A DNA stretch of 64,000 nucleotides from Felis catus (Eukaryota): assembly GCF_018350175.1 (NCBI RefSeq), contig NC_058369.1, positions 620,001 through 684,000 on the forward strand, in the 5' to 3' direction. This document shows positions 47,560-59,515 of the stretch, one piece after another. A program made the position numbers and the translations under genes. Under the pieces are notes generated by a model that worked only from the letters and a program-made list of their open reading frames with translations, had not been told where the DNA came from and did no database searches. The first letter of the stretch is position 1. Each line of letters starts with the position of its first letter.

Positions 47560-48250
47560 CAGGTGAAGGAAAGGTAAACTGAGGCCCTGCGCGGGCAGAC
47601 GCTGCGGAGACCTCAGGGGGCGGAGTCTACCCCGCACCGCCCCCTCCTCCCATTGAGGAAAAAGCTGAATGGGAGGGGGTGGCCCCCGGAAACCCGCAGA
47701 AATGGAATCGCGGTTTCCACGGCAACGCGCCGCGAAACGGGCCTGACGTCACGAAGGGGGGGGAGGGCGCCCCGCTCGCCCCCGTGCGCGCGTCCGCAGG
47801 CCCGGGCCCCGCCCACCGCGGGGGCCGCCTCACTGGCGGCCGCGTCGTTCGCTCCTGCGCACGCACCAATGACAGCGCGGCGCTCACGCCGGGAGGTGGG
47901 ACTGCGCCTGGGCGGCTGAGTGCGCAAGCGCAGCGCGGAGGCGTGCGGCCTCCTCCCTGTGGTCGCGCGTCTGCAAATTTGGGGGCGGGAGGCGCGCCGA
48001 GGGTCTGACGGCTCGGCCGCGCCGGGACGGAAGAGGGGGCGTCCCGGAGGGCGCCGCACGTGGAGCCCCGCACCGGCGCGTTCGCTCGCACCCCTCCTTC
48101 CACGTCCAAGCATTGTCTGCCGTCCCCTCCTCCTCGATTCGGTGACGCGACCTCCGGATTGGGGCAGCCCTGCAGCCCCCGGGCTGGGGGACGCAGGAGG
48201 GCCGGCGGGAGGAGAGCGCTTGGCCTGAGGCTTTACCAAAGGAATAGTAG
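47560..48250. promoter_or_regulatory. Orphan promoter-like CpG island between MIDN and CIRBP
   Basis: X-box at 47713-47726, CRE at 47744-47751, NRF1-like motifs at 47856 and 47921, CCAAT at 47866-47870. Confidence 0.65.
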
Positions 48251-50125
48251 GAGTTTGCCAGCGTTGGGAGGGGGAAGGGGTGCCCCTAGGTGGGAGGCAC
48301 AACGTGTGCAACGAGGGGCCTGGAGGAGCGCGAGCAGGTGTACTTGGGGGGGTGGGGGGAGCTGCGAAGTTAGTTGGGGGAGAGAAGACAAAAGGTGGGA
48401 GGAAAAGGCAGAGGCGAGGACCTGAAAGGGGTGACTCCCCGAGTCTGTCTCTTGGGGAGGAGAGGGCCCCCTCCCCAGGGAGGGGAGCAGGTGGGCGGAG
48501 CAGAGGCCAGAACATCCAGGGGGTGGCTGGATGGCTGGGCGTTCGGCCTGGGTTTACAGGAGAGGCCTGAGGAGGGACAGATGGGGCATTGTCTGCAGCC
48601 GGCCTCCGCTTCACGGGGCGCTGGCTGGCAGGGGGCTGCAGGGAGCTAGGCGTTCGGAGGAAGGGAGCAAGTTTCGCTGCGACCAGGAGTCCTCTCAGAG
48701 AAGGCAGCGGCCAGTGGGAACAGCAGCGGGCTCTGCCCGCTGGGGAGGATGCACGCCGAAACCTTCGGTCCGAGGCCAGCCCCAGGCTGCGCGGGCCCAG
48801 CACCGAGTCGGGGGTCGGTCGGCCGGGCCCTGTGCCGTGGCGTGGCCGCCAAGGGGTGGAGCCGGGACTGGAGGCCTGGGTCCAGGTGGGCGATGCTGCT
48901 GGGGGATGAGACGGCTGTGGGCAAGCGGAAGCAGGTCACCGGGGTCACTGCAGTCCGCTTGGGGCCGGAGCGCCCTGGGGGCGGCCAAATGGGGAATTGG
49001 GGCCGGCTTCACGGTTCTGAAATGCCAAAGGCCGGGGTCAGGGTCTGGCTTGGGGTCGGGCCGGGCCTCTGGGGAGATGGGAGTGAGCGGTGCCCGGTCG
49101 GAGCCGACTTCTGCACCCCCAGCACCAGGCAGGTGCCCGGGGCACAGCCACCCCCACCAGGCCCCGCGGGACCCGCCCACCTCTCCGGGGCGCCTTGGGA
49201 ATGGGAGTTACCAAGCCACAGCCAAGGGCGCTGGGGCCCAACCCAGGAGTCTTGACTCCAGCCCCACCCACAGCTGCCCAGCCCCGGGAGGGCAGGGGAC
49301 GGGCGGCCGCCCGTGTGACCTGGGACAGGTGAGCAGCCCAGCCCTGGCGTGGGGGCGGGGCCCTGTCACTTGGGGCCCTGCCCGCGACTGCCCTCCCGCT
49401 GGCTCTCCATCCCGGGCTGGCTGCCTCTGTTTCTCCCCCTGTGTCTGCGCCCCTCCGTCTCCTTCTCTGCATCTGCCTCTCCTGCGTCTGCCTGGTTCTA
49501 TTTTTCCTTTTCTCTGTTTCTCTTCCCCGTTGCCTCCCTCAGTATCTCGGCCGGTCTGTTTTGCTATCTCGGTCTCCGTCCCACCGACTCCTCCCCCACT
49601 TCCGCCCCCTCTCTGGGGCCCCCTCCCTCACCCCCGGCACACATTCCAGCCTCCACCCCCGTCTGGCTGCCCCTCCCTGGGGCCAGCTGCCGCTGCGTTG
49701 GGTGCCCAGGACGGAGGGAGTGGGCTCAGGCTGGGTCAGAGGTCAGCGTGCAGGCTGGGGCCGTAGAGGGCACCCCCTAACTCCTCCGGAATGTGGGCGG
49801 GGCCGCCCGCCCTCCCCGTTCCCCTCGAGGGGAGGCGATCACCCGCTGGCTGGAGGAGGGGGGGCTCTAGACAGCTGGCTACGACCTTGCCGCACCCGCC
49901 CCACCCCCACCCCCACCCCCTCAACACTGCCCCCGGGCCTCCCGGAGAATCTGCACAACCCCCTGCTCCCACACAGGGCCCCTGGCAGCCACCGGACCGA
50001 CCAGCCCGCCTTCTCGCCCACGCTCGGAGAAGCGCACCCCTCAACAGCTAAGGGGTAGATCCTGACCCCACCTGAACGCCAGGCTCCCAGCTGGGCTCTG
50101 CCGGATACAGACCCCCCCCCCCCCG

Positions 50126-50126
<1 letters not shown>

Positions 50127-50160
<34 letters not shown>
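50127..50160. repeat. (CA)17 microsatellite preceded by a C-run
   Basis: Read directly from the sequence. Confidence 0.95.
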
Positions 50161-50164
<4 letters not shown>

Positions 50165-52940
50165 CCCCAGCCTACACTTCGATGGCAGCACAACCTCAGT
50201 CAACAGTGTGATTTTCAAAACAACGGCACCCCCACTCTCACCCTGGACCAAGACCTCCCTTTAGAAAACCGCAAAATTGAAAGTCACACCGGGCAGGGGC
50301 AGGAACTCAGGTCCTCAGAGACTGCGCACCCTCCCCGAAACACAAGCTTGTGGTTCCAGCCACCCACACTGCCCACACACCCTCCCTGGCTGTAGGCCCC
50401 CCAGAGGAGCAGACCTGCCAATCCGGATTGGGGATAGGTGGGGGGGGGGGGGTTGCATTCACTCACTCGGCACTGAGGAAGGGGGTGTGAGGATCACAGA
50501 CCATTTTCTGTGTGTCCTGCCGTACAAGAAAGACCAGAGAACCCCAAGCGTCTCACTCCCCCACACTGGCTCCAGGAAGCCCTGCTGCAACACCCACTTC
50601 TCGGATGAGGCAGCTGAGGCCCAGAGAGGCACCTGGCCAGCGCTGGCGTTCTAGAGGCAGAGTCGGGGGACGTCAACACTAGTACTGGGGACACAGAGCT
50701 GGAAGGGGTACAGGTGTGCTGCCACAGGACGGGGCACTCTGCATTTATGGCACTCCAGGGTTGCCATGGAGACGCCACAAGCCCCAGGCAGGAGTCCCTC
50801 TGCTCCCTGCCCCCCCACCTTGTGCCTGCAGGGAGCCTGTGTGGGGCCAAGGTCAGGAGAGTGGATGGGACACGTGGGGGTCAGCTCCTCCCACCTGGGG
50901 GTGCCCCTGCTCCGGCATTTCACAGGTACCTGACATGGGTTCTACACACGTGCCTGATGGGTGCCCGTCCCTGTGCATCTGCCACCACACCCGTGCCGAG
51001 TTTCCCAGGTAGAAAGGAAGGGGTCGGCGCCCGGATCTCTGGGGCATCGTGAGTGCGGGAAGAACAAACGTGTGTAACCCAAGGGGCAGGACGGGCCTCC
51101 CACCGGCCTCCTGCCCTTCCACGGGTGGGCCGCGGGGCCCACCCCACAGTCCCCCACATACTCCTGCACTTGGTGCGGCCTGTGGTCACCAACACCAGCC
51201 GTGCACCGCCTGGCCCTTTGCGTTCCTGGGATGCGAGCGCGACCAGGGTGTGAGAATGGCGGCCTCCACATGCCTGGGCCTTGAGTCACAGGGTCTGCTC
51301 CCTGGTGGGTGGGTACCCCCGTCCCCAGCGCCAGACACCCTCCTCCACTGTGGACACCCCTCTCCAGGAACAGGAGGAAACTGAGGCCAGGAGGCAGTCC
51401 CCTCCGGTTCCCCAAGGGACCGAACAGCTGCTGCCTCCAGGAGCTGATGTCTGCCGCAGGAGACCCTGGCCACTGATGACACTTGGTGCGCACTTGTGCC
51501 CACCCTGCGGGCATGCGTCACGCCATCAGTCACCGGCACAGATGCTCTGTGAGCCCTGGCTCGCCCAGGTCCCGCACACCAGACCTGTCTGTGACTGAGC
51601 CCACACCCATGCCCCTTATGCACATGCTTGAGGTCCGCTTGGCTCACACGCAAGGGGTCCCTCGTGTTCCTGCACACGGAGTACCATGCAGGCGGGTTCC
51701 CATGTGCGCGCACACACGTGTGCGTTCCCTGCACACACTTCCATACCCGCACGCGCACACAGCCCCACTTTCGCGTCCACACAAGCGCAGTCCCCAGCCA
51801 TTACCCATGACTCCGCAGCTCACGGGCACACATGGGCACCACACCTGGCAACGCGCACACTCATCCAGTCTCCGCTTCCCCCTCCCTGGCTCTGGGCCCT
51901 GCGGATTTGGGCCGGGCGGGCCGGCTGGAGTCAGCCGGGACGGTCCCACTTGTGCGCCCCCGCCAGGAGGCCTCCAGGTGCACGGTCCCGGCCCCCGCCT
52001 GGCCGGCCGGGAGGGGGCGATAATTACGCGGCCTGAGGGTCCCCCCCACACACGCGCCTTTCATCCCGGCCACGCCCGTCCGGGACCCAGACGCTCATTA
52101 CCGCCTCCCGCCCGGTCATTAACCAGGGTCGGGGGAGGACCCGGCGTCCAGCGGCCGGGCCCGGCGGGAAGGCGGAGGGGGCGCCGCGGGAGCGAGGTGA
52201 CCCCGCCTCGTCTCCAGGGCGACGCCCGCGGGTGGGGCTCTCAGCGCCGGAGGTGTTGGACCTCTGGCGGGGGGGGGGGGGGGGGGGCGGGAGTGGTCTC
52301 GGAGGCAGGCACGGCGGCCGCCCGGGGAGAGGCGATTTGTAAAAGCGCCGACGGGGGCCTCACGGCCTAATCCCAGTCCCGCCGGGCAGGCGGCGAGCAC
52401 TGCGCGTCCGGGCCGCGAATAGCAGCCTCTCCCGTGCCCCGGGCTATTTTGAGCCGCATCCTCCCAGCCCCGCCACCACCGCCACCCCATCCCCGGCGCA
52501 CTGGCGGAGGCGCGGGGGCAGGCCCGTGGGCGGGACGAAGGCTCCCCCCCCTTCCCCCAACGCTGGAGTCCGCGGCGGGACCCGGAACCCCCGGCTGGGG
52601 CGACAGCGAGGCCGCAGCGCCCCCTCGCGTCCGCGGGGAGAGCGTGGCGCAGCGGTCACAGCAGCGATGAGGTCTTCCCTACCTCTTGGGAGCCCCCCGC
52701 CCCCACCACGGCTACGCAGATGCAGGAAACCACAGAAACACAGGTACGGAGACAGGCCACACACCTGAGACGCAAGCTCACAGTTTGCACACAATGCCCA
52801 GAGCAGGCGCACCTGGCGACAGGTGTCCCCAGGTATGGGTCCATTCTGTGATGGGAACCCAGGACAGTCGTGGGCAGACGTGGAGACTGGTAACCCGGCA
52901 ACGGACTGGTAGTAAACACTTAATAATAGCGTGCTGGCGG

Positions 52941-52983
52941 AATGAATGAATGAATGAATGAATGAATGAATGAACGAACGAAC
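52941..52983. repeat. (AATG)8 followed by (AACG)n, probably an L2 tail
   Basis: Read directly; preceded by gtagtaaacacttaataa, an L2-end-like motif. Confidence 0.9.
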
Positions 52984-54789
52984 AGAGCACTTCACAGAAC
53001 CAGGAGAAGGCCGAGTCACTACCACAGAACAGTGGGTGTGGGGGGCCTGGGGGCAGAGGATGATTCCAGGCCACCTTGGCCTGGACTGGAGCAAGGAGCC
53101 GCTGACCTGACTTGCTAGGGGAGCGCCTCAGAAAGGCGGTGGGGCAGAGTTCCTGGGCTGGGCATACCTGCCCCCAGCTCCCCACCCCCCTCCACGGGCG
53201 GCGGAAGGCAGAGGGAGCTGAGAGCTGATGTCTTTTTTTGCTCCTTTTAATAACCACCCTGCGTGAGAGGCTGACGCAGCAGGCTGTGTCTGACGGGGGG
53301 TCTACGGGAGGGCTGTGGCATGGGGCGGGGCTGGGCGGTGCAGAGGGGGTGGCGATGACTCACGAGCTGCTCTGGGAGAGTGGGTTCCTGAGCTGAGGAG
53401 GGGTCCCAGCAACCTTGTCATGGGAGACCGTGTCCTTGCCTGTGTCCCTTCCTTTCTCAGCTGGACCCACCTTAGGGTGGGAGCAAGTCTGAGGCCTGGA
53501 GTGGGGCTGGAACTTCTCTGGGGTGGGCAAGAAAGTGTGTGTGTGTGGGGGGGGGTCCTCTGTTCCCAAATCCCCCCAACTCTTCTGCATAGGGTCCACC
53601 CTCTGGAAACATTCTAGAACAGAACTTGGGCAGTCAGAGTTCTTCACCAGTTTGTTCCACCCCATGGAGGGGTCCAGGACCCCAGGAGACAACATAAGCC
53701 AAACCAGGGCAGGCAGCAAATGGCAGTCACAAGGCAGTTCCCATAAAATGGACTTGGGACTCCCCAGGAGCAATCTGGGGGTGAGGGTCTCTGCAAAGCT
53801 GGTTCGCCTTGTAGCAGAGATCTTGGAACCCCCGGACAGAGACAGGAAAAAGCCACAGAGGAGCAGAGCATTGCTCGCCGCCCCCCCCCCCCGCCCCCAC
53901 CAGGGGTAGCAGAACTAAGCCCTGGCAGGAGGCTGCAGCACATACTGGAGGGCTGAGACGAATGTCGGGGTGCAGTGCTGGCCACAGTGGTGGGGTTGGG
54001 TCCCAGGTTGGGGTCAGCCTGCAGTCCGGAGCTGGAATGCACAAGTGTCTGTCAAGGTGAGTGTAGGGGTGCGGGCGCCACGCCAAGCAGAAAAGTCAGG
54101 GTTGGGGTGGAAGTTAGGTGTGGGTGCTGGTGGAGGTCTGTAGGCAAACTAGGCTGGGTGAAGTTGGGGTGCCCCAAAGTAGGGAAGTAAGAGGAATTAG
54201 GATCTTGGGGAATATTGGGGTCCATGAGGTGGGACTGTCTCAGTCTCGGGGGTTTGGGTAGGCCTTGGGGCCGACCAAGTGAAGCGGTGTATTCATTCAG
54301 GAGCATGGGATCCTGGGAGTACCAGGGTATGGGTTGTGTGGGCAAGTGTATCAGAATGATGTCAGGGTTCAGATGTCCTGACAGCTGGGGCTGCGGTGGG
54401 TATGGGGACCTGGCTAAGGCTGACACGTCAGCGCTGGCTGGAGCACAGCAGGGGATCCCCAGGAGGTTTGGACCCTTGGCCTCCAGAGGCCCTTTTGTTC
54501 CCGGCCTCTGGCCAGGAGGTGGGGATGGGGGCGGGCAAGCAGAAGTGGGTCAGCCCCGCCCCCTCGCGCGCCGGCCCCGCCCCCCGCTCTCGGGCGAGGG
54601 ACGGCGGCCGGGGCGCGTTCCCACCAATTACTCCGCCCGGCATCCGCGCGCCCGGGAGGGGGCGGAGCCAGGAGAGGCCCGGCCCCCATCTCATGAATAT
54701 GAGGTGCGGCTGCGGCCCCCGAGCCCTCGGATTGGCTGGCGCGGTGCAGGGGGCGGGGTCCCCCGGCGGCGTACTTAAGGCCGGTCGCT

Positions 54790-54880
54790 CGGCGCCCCCC
54801 CCTCACTCGGGCGTTAGGAGGCTTGGCTCGGTGTGCTGCGCCTTGTTCCCGCCTGCGTCAGGGACCTTCCCGGCTCAGTG
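54790..54880 (+). other. CIRBP: CIRBP non-coding exon 1
   Basis: Ends CTCAGTG|GTGAGG; reverse CCAAT (ATTGG, 54731) and GC boxes upstream in a CpG island; resembles the human 5'UTR as recalled. Start approximate. Confidence 0.75.
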
Positions 54881-55849
54881 GTGAGGGCCCTGGCGGCACC
54901 GGCTCCGCGAGCCCGGGGCGGCGAGCGGCCTGCGGCCGGCCGGAGGAGGCGGGGCGGCGGCGTCACGCCCCTGGGCGGGGGCGTCGCCGGGGCGGGCCCG
55001 GGGTGGAGTCCGCCCCGCCGGCGGCGATGGGCAGCGGGACACCGGGCCAAGCTGCGGCCGGAGGGCGTCTTTCCCTCGGGCCAGGCCCTCCGCGAGCGGG
55101 ACGCCACCGCAAAATGGCGGTCGCGGGCGCACAGCAGCGCCCAGCGAAATGGCGGGAGTGCTGGGTGCCCGGATGAAGTGGCGCAGGGCGTGCGCGGGGC
55201 GCATGCGCGCGGCAGTGGGCGGGGCCACGTTGCGTGGCCAGGGCCGCCGCTCCCGGTTTCCCGCTGGAGGAGCGTGAGCGGAGCACAGTTCCGCGTCTCT
55301 CTCTGGCCTGTGTCTCCGGAGCCCTTGGGCGGGGGTTCCCCCAGCCCGTCGAGTCGGTCCAAGCTGGCCTCGGCCCCACACGTCAGGCTCCACGTCGGAG
55401 CCTCTGCCCGCGCTCAGTGCCCAGTCCCCCACCCCTCTCGGGTGCCCTACAGTGGACCAAGCACTCTGCCCCTCCCCACCCGGCGCTCAGGGTGGGAGTC
55501 AGTCTGACCCCTCGTACAAAGCGGAAATCCCGAGGTGCGCCCGGCCGGTGCCGGCGGAGCCCGACGCCTGCCTTCAGTGTCCAGCCTTAAGCGTCCCCTG
55601 AGGCCGGCAGCCGGGTGAAACCGTGGAGCCCCGCGGTCTGCGGGCGGAGCTGGGCTGCGCACGGAGGAGGGGCCGGGGGTCCAGGAACGAAGGGCGCGCT
55701 GGGGATTCAGAAGTCGTAGGGGTGGGTTTGAGGGGGCGCCCTCCAGGGCTTACCCCGCAAGCCCCTGTGGCGTGTGCACGGAGGAGGGGGGAGCGGCGAG
55801 GCCCCGGAGGGTCTCGTGAGGAATTCAGCAGCGTTTGCCGCAGGCCGCC

Positions 55850-57144
55850 ATGGCATCAGACGAAGGCAAGCTTTTCGTCGGAGGGCTGAGTTTCGACACC
55901 AACGAGCAGTCGCTGGAGCAGGTCTTCTCAAAGTACGGACAGATCGCGGAAGGTGCGGCTGGTGCTGCCGGCGGCGGAGCGGGGCTGCTTGCGGGGAGGG
56001 CTGGGCGCAGACTCCACGTCTCTCCTGTGCAGTGGTGGTCGTGAAAGACCGGGAGACCCAGCGGTCGCGAGGCTTCGGGTTTGTCACGTTTGAGAACATC
56101 GACGACGCCAAGGACGCCATGATGGCCATGAACGGGAAGGTGAGGGCGGCCGCTCGGGGTCGCGGAAGGTGCAGAACCCCTTGCTTGCTCCCAGGGAACC
56201 CCGCCGCCTCCGAGGATGGGGGAGCACCGACTAACCTGCGCAGGTCTCCGGTTTCCAGTCTGTGGACGGGCGGCAGATCCGAGTCGACCAGGCCGGCAAG
56301 TCGTCCGACAACCGATCCCGAGGCTATCGAGGTGGCTCTGCCGGCGGCCGGGGCTTCTTCCGAGGGGGCCGAGGCCGGGGCCGTGGGTTCTCCAGAGGTA
56401 AGTGCTATGCTCGGGGCCTGGGGCCCCTGGGAACACGGTGGGGACACTGCCGGCGGGCGCTGACGCTCTCTTCCTGTCCCTGTCTGCAGGAGGAGGGGAT
56501 CGAGGCTACGGAGGGAGCCGGTTTGAGTCCAGGAGTGGGGGCTACGGAGGCTCCAGAGACTACTACAGCAGGTGAGGGCGTGCGGGTGCCAGTGCCTGAG
56601 GCCGGGCCACTCTGCTGCTGTCGCGGGCCTGAGTAGCCTCAAGCGTCTTCCTTGCAGCCGGAGTCAAGGTGGCGGCTATGGCGACCGGAGCTCAGGCGGG
56701 TCCTACAGAGACAGCTACGACAGTTACGGTAAGTCCCGCTCCGAGGGCACCTCGCCGCCGGGGCCTGCACTGGGAGCTCAGTAAGCCTTGGCGCCCTCTG
56801 CGAGCGACACTCAGACTCTGTCACCGTGCTCGCCTCTAAGGGGCGATACTGCCCTCTCGGTCTCTGTGCCAGCAGCCATTTGTACCACAAAACACAAAGG
56901 CAGAACCAGAGTGACCAAGACGGAAAGGCAGAGTGAGGGCCCCTCCCCCCTGCGCAGGCAGCAGAAGTGCATGTGCGCCCTGCCTGCCGCCCCGCCCTCA
57001 GCTGGTGGGGGGGGGGGGTTTCTCCTGAGGCTGCGGGGCCGCGCCCTCCAGGTCTGGACCCGGGAGCGGATGCTGCGTCTTGTCGCGTGCTTCAGTGCCT
57101 TTACATGTCCCTGCTTCTTGTTCTCAGCTACACACAACGAGTAA
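55850..57144 (+). CDS. CIRBP: Cold-inducible RNA-binding protein, 172 aa. Exons 55850-55952, 56033-56139, 56259-56397, 56490-56571, 56658-56728, 57128-57144
   Basis: [15 protein letters not shown] (RNP2), RGFGFVTF (RNP1), RGG tail, ends YDSYATHNE*. 519 nt, GT-AG. Confidence 0.98.
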
Positions 57145-58312
57145 AAATCCTTCCTGCTCAAGATCGTCCTTCCAATGGCTGTATATTTAAAGATTTTGGG
57201 AGCTTCGCTGAATCGTTCATGTGTAGTGAACACACCTCCTTGTACCCCACTTTTGTAGTCCTATCCGTTTTGGTCTTGTCAAACACAGCCTGACTGCTTC
57301 TGACCCCCAGATGGCTTCGTTCCTAGACTGCTCTTCTTAAGGAAGCGTTGTCAGTTTTTAAGGGTTTTAAAAATGTTCTGAAAAGCACTTCAGATTTTTT
57401 TTTTTTCTTTTTACCCTGAGCCATAAGTTTTTTAGGAAATCTTTGGGGGTTGTGTGGGTTTTGGTTTTGGTTGTGTTGCCTTTTTTTGTTTCTCTTTTTA
57501 GTGGGGTCGGCCCGTGAGGTCGGGTGCCCCGGTTCACTTCTCTTTAAGATCGAATGGACTCTGAATCCGCTTTTTGCCGGAAGCTCAGCAAAAGCTGTGG
57601 CTTTTTTCCAGCCTTGTGTACTGTTTCTGCGTGTAGCGTGGTGGGACCCATGCCGGGGCTGTGGCAGAGGTACCCCGGCCGCCCCGGGCCTGGCCTGTTC
57701 GGCCCTTCCGTGCTGTGTGTGACGCACAGCAAGAGTGGCAGATGTCTCTTCGAGAGGTTCTTGAAAATGTTTATTTATATTGTCTTTTTTTACCGGAAGA
57801 CGTATGCATAACCCATTGATGTTGTATCTGAAGCGGTTAAGGAATTCTTGTACCCAGTTTTCTTTGGCTTCACGAAGCCGATTAAAAGACCGTCTGAAAC
57901 GAACCTTGCTCTGACAATTTCCCTTTCATTGCACAACACACTCCCTGCTCTCGGGTTCGAGGCGGTCAGAACTGAGCGGAAAGGGCAGTTCGAGAAGTAG
58001 GTCTGCCGGTCCCGCCTGAGGCTCTCAGAAAGCTAGACAGGGAAGGCAGAATAGACAGACGCTGGCCGGGCCCCTCCTGACAGCCGACCGCCATCCGCCC
58101 CGGTGAGGTGAGAAGGTGGGCGACAGGGTGGGCAGCATAGCGGGGGACGGTGGACGCCCGGGCACGTGACACTGACCCGGACCGCCTTAGCTGAGGAGCA
58201 GGCCAGACAGCGGACGGCAGGCAGCGTCCCTGGGCGACCACGGACCGACCGGCTCGTTAGCTAGCTCTGCTGTCGCTTCACGAGTTCTGAGCTCTCACCG
58301 CTAGCCTATGGA

Positions 58313-58444
58313 NNNNNNNNNNNNNNNNNNNNNNNNNNNNNNNNNNNNNNNNNNNNNNNNNNNNNNNNNNNNNNNNNNNNNNNNNNNNNNNNNNNNNNNN
58401 NNNNNNNNNNNNNNNNNNNNNNNNNNNNNNNNNNNNNNNNNNNN
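58313..58444. other. Assembly gap (N run)
   Basis: 132 N. Confidence 1.
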
Positions 58445-59058
58445 ATCCCTCCTCTTGTCGAGAGCTCATTTGAGAGTAAAGTTCTGTACCTGGGGAATGT
58501 TCCTTTGGCTGTTTATCCTTTTCCATTTTTTTTACTTTTTTTTTTTTTTTTAATTTTAATTTTTTTAATCAAGCTCGAACCAGAGTCAGATCTGGGCCGT
58601 TAGCCCTTCCCCGCCTGCAGCCCGGCGAGCGGCCTGGGCGGTCACGCCACAGGAGTAGGTTTGATCCGTAAGCAGGATTGGAGACCACCGAACGCCCTGC
58701 CTTTTGGGATTTTTGTTCATCAGTTGACAGTCTTTTCCAGACCTCCGTCCCTCAGGCTCCCAACTAGCTTTCTCTGATGTCTGTTGCTGCCATGAGTTTT
58801 TCCCAGAGCCCACACGGTCCTCTAAGCTCCATCCCAATTGGGCAGCTGGCTCTGCTCAAGGGTGGGACGTGGCCTGGCCCATCCGCAAGGCGCAGGCCCA
58901 CCCTGGGCACGCCAGCCTGTGACGGGGCCTCTGCCGGGACGGCCCGATGACTAGTTTGAGACCCTCCTAGGAGCTGTGGATGGTTTCAGGGGAGGTGGGG
59001 AGGGGCAGATGTGACCTGTGGCCAGGACACTGGGCGTAACGCTTCTTTGCTTTGGCAG

Positions 59059-59515
59059 GTTGAAGGGAAGCCAGCGTGACTTGGAGGTGTGGCCAGACAG
59101 CAGCGATGACCGGGACTCACTGTCCCAGAAGGGGCTTTACCTGGAAGCAAGAGCCAGAGGCACAGCCACCGGTCTTCGTACCGTGTCCCCTGTAAGTGGT
59201 TCTTGGGGTGGGTGATGTGAGGCTCTCTGGCCCTGCCGCTTGACCCCGCGGGTGGGTTCTCCTTTCCTGGTCTGCCCTCCTGTAACCCCAGTGGGGGCCG
59301 GGGGTGGGCAGCATTCTGCGGGGCTCTCCTGCAGCCAGCTCTTTTCTCCCGTTTGTTCCAGCAGGCGCGTCACTGGGGAGGCTGAGGTGCAGCAACTCGA
59401 ATTGCTCTCGGAGGACAGGTGTGTGGCGGCTGGCACCGCACCGCAGCCAGGACGCCCCCCTCAACAGGAGCAGGACACGGAAGTCGGATTTGAATAAAGG
59501 GCTGGTGTGTCCACA
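59059..59515 (+). other. CIRBP: Candidate alternative downstream CIRBP exons (59059-59191 and about 59362-59515)
   Basis: Acceptor ttctttgctttggcAG, donor CCT|GTAAGT, second acceptor cttttctcccgtttgttccAG(CAG), AATAAA at 59493-59498. Assignment to CIRBP is inferred. Confidence 0.55.

Noticed and set aside
47613-49766. Several 160-411 aa ORFs over the intergenic CpG island
   Set aside because: Mutually overlapping on both strands, low complexity, no family resemblance; typical of CpG islands.
54400-55850. Mild-cold response element TCCCCGCC described for mouse Cirbp
   Set aside because: By eye I found only generic GC boxes (GCCCCGCC), not the exact octamer; a motif scan is needed.
59059-59075. 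Resemblance of the candidate exon start (AG|GTTGAAGGGAAGCC) to FAM174C exon 2 (AG|GTTGAAGAAGCC)
   Set aside because: Similarity ends after about 14 nt, too short to claim an exon duplication.
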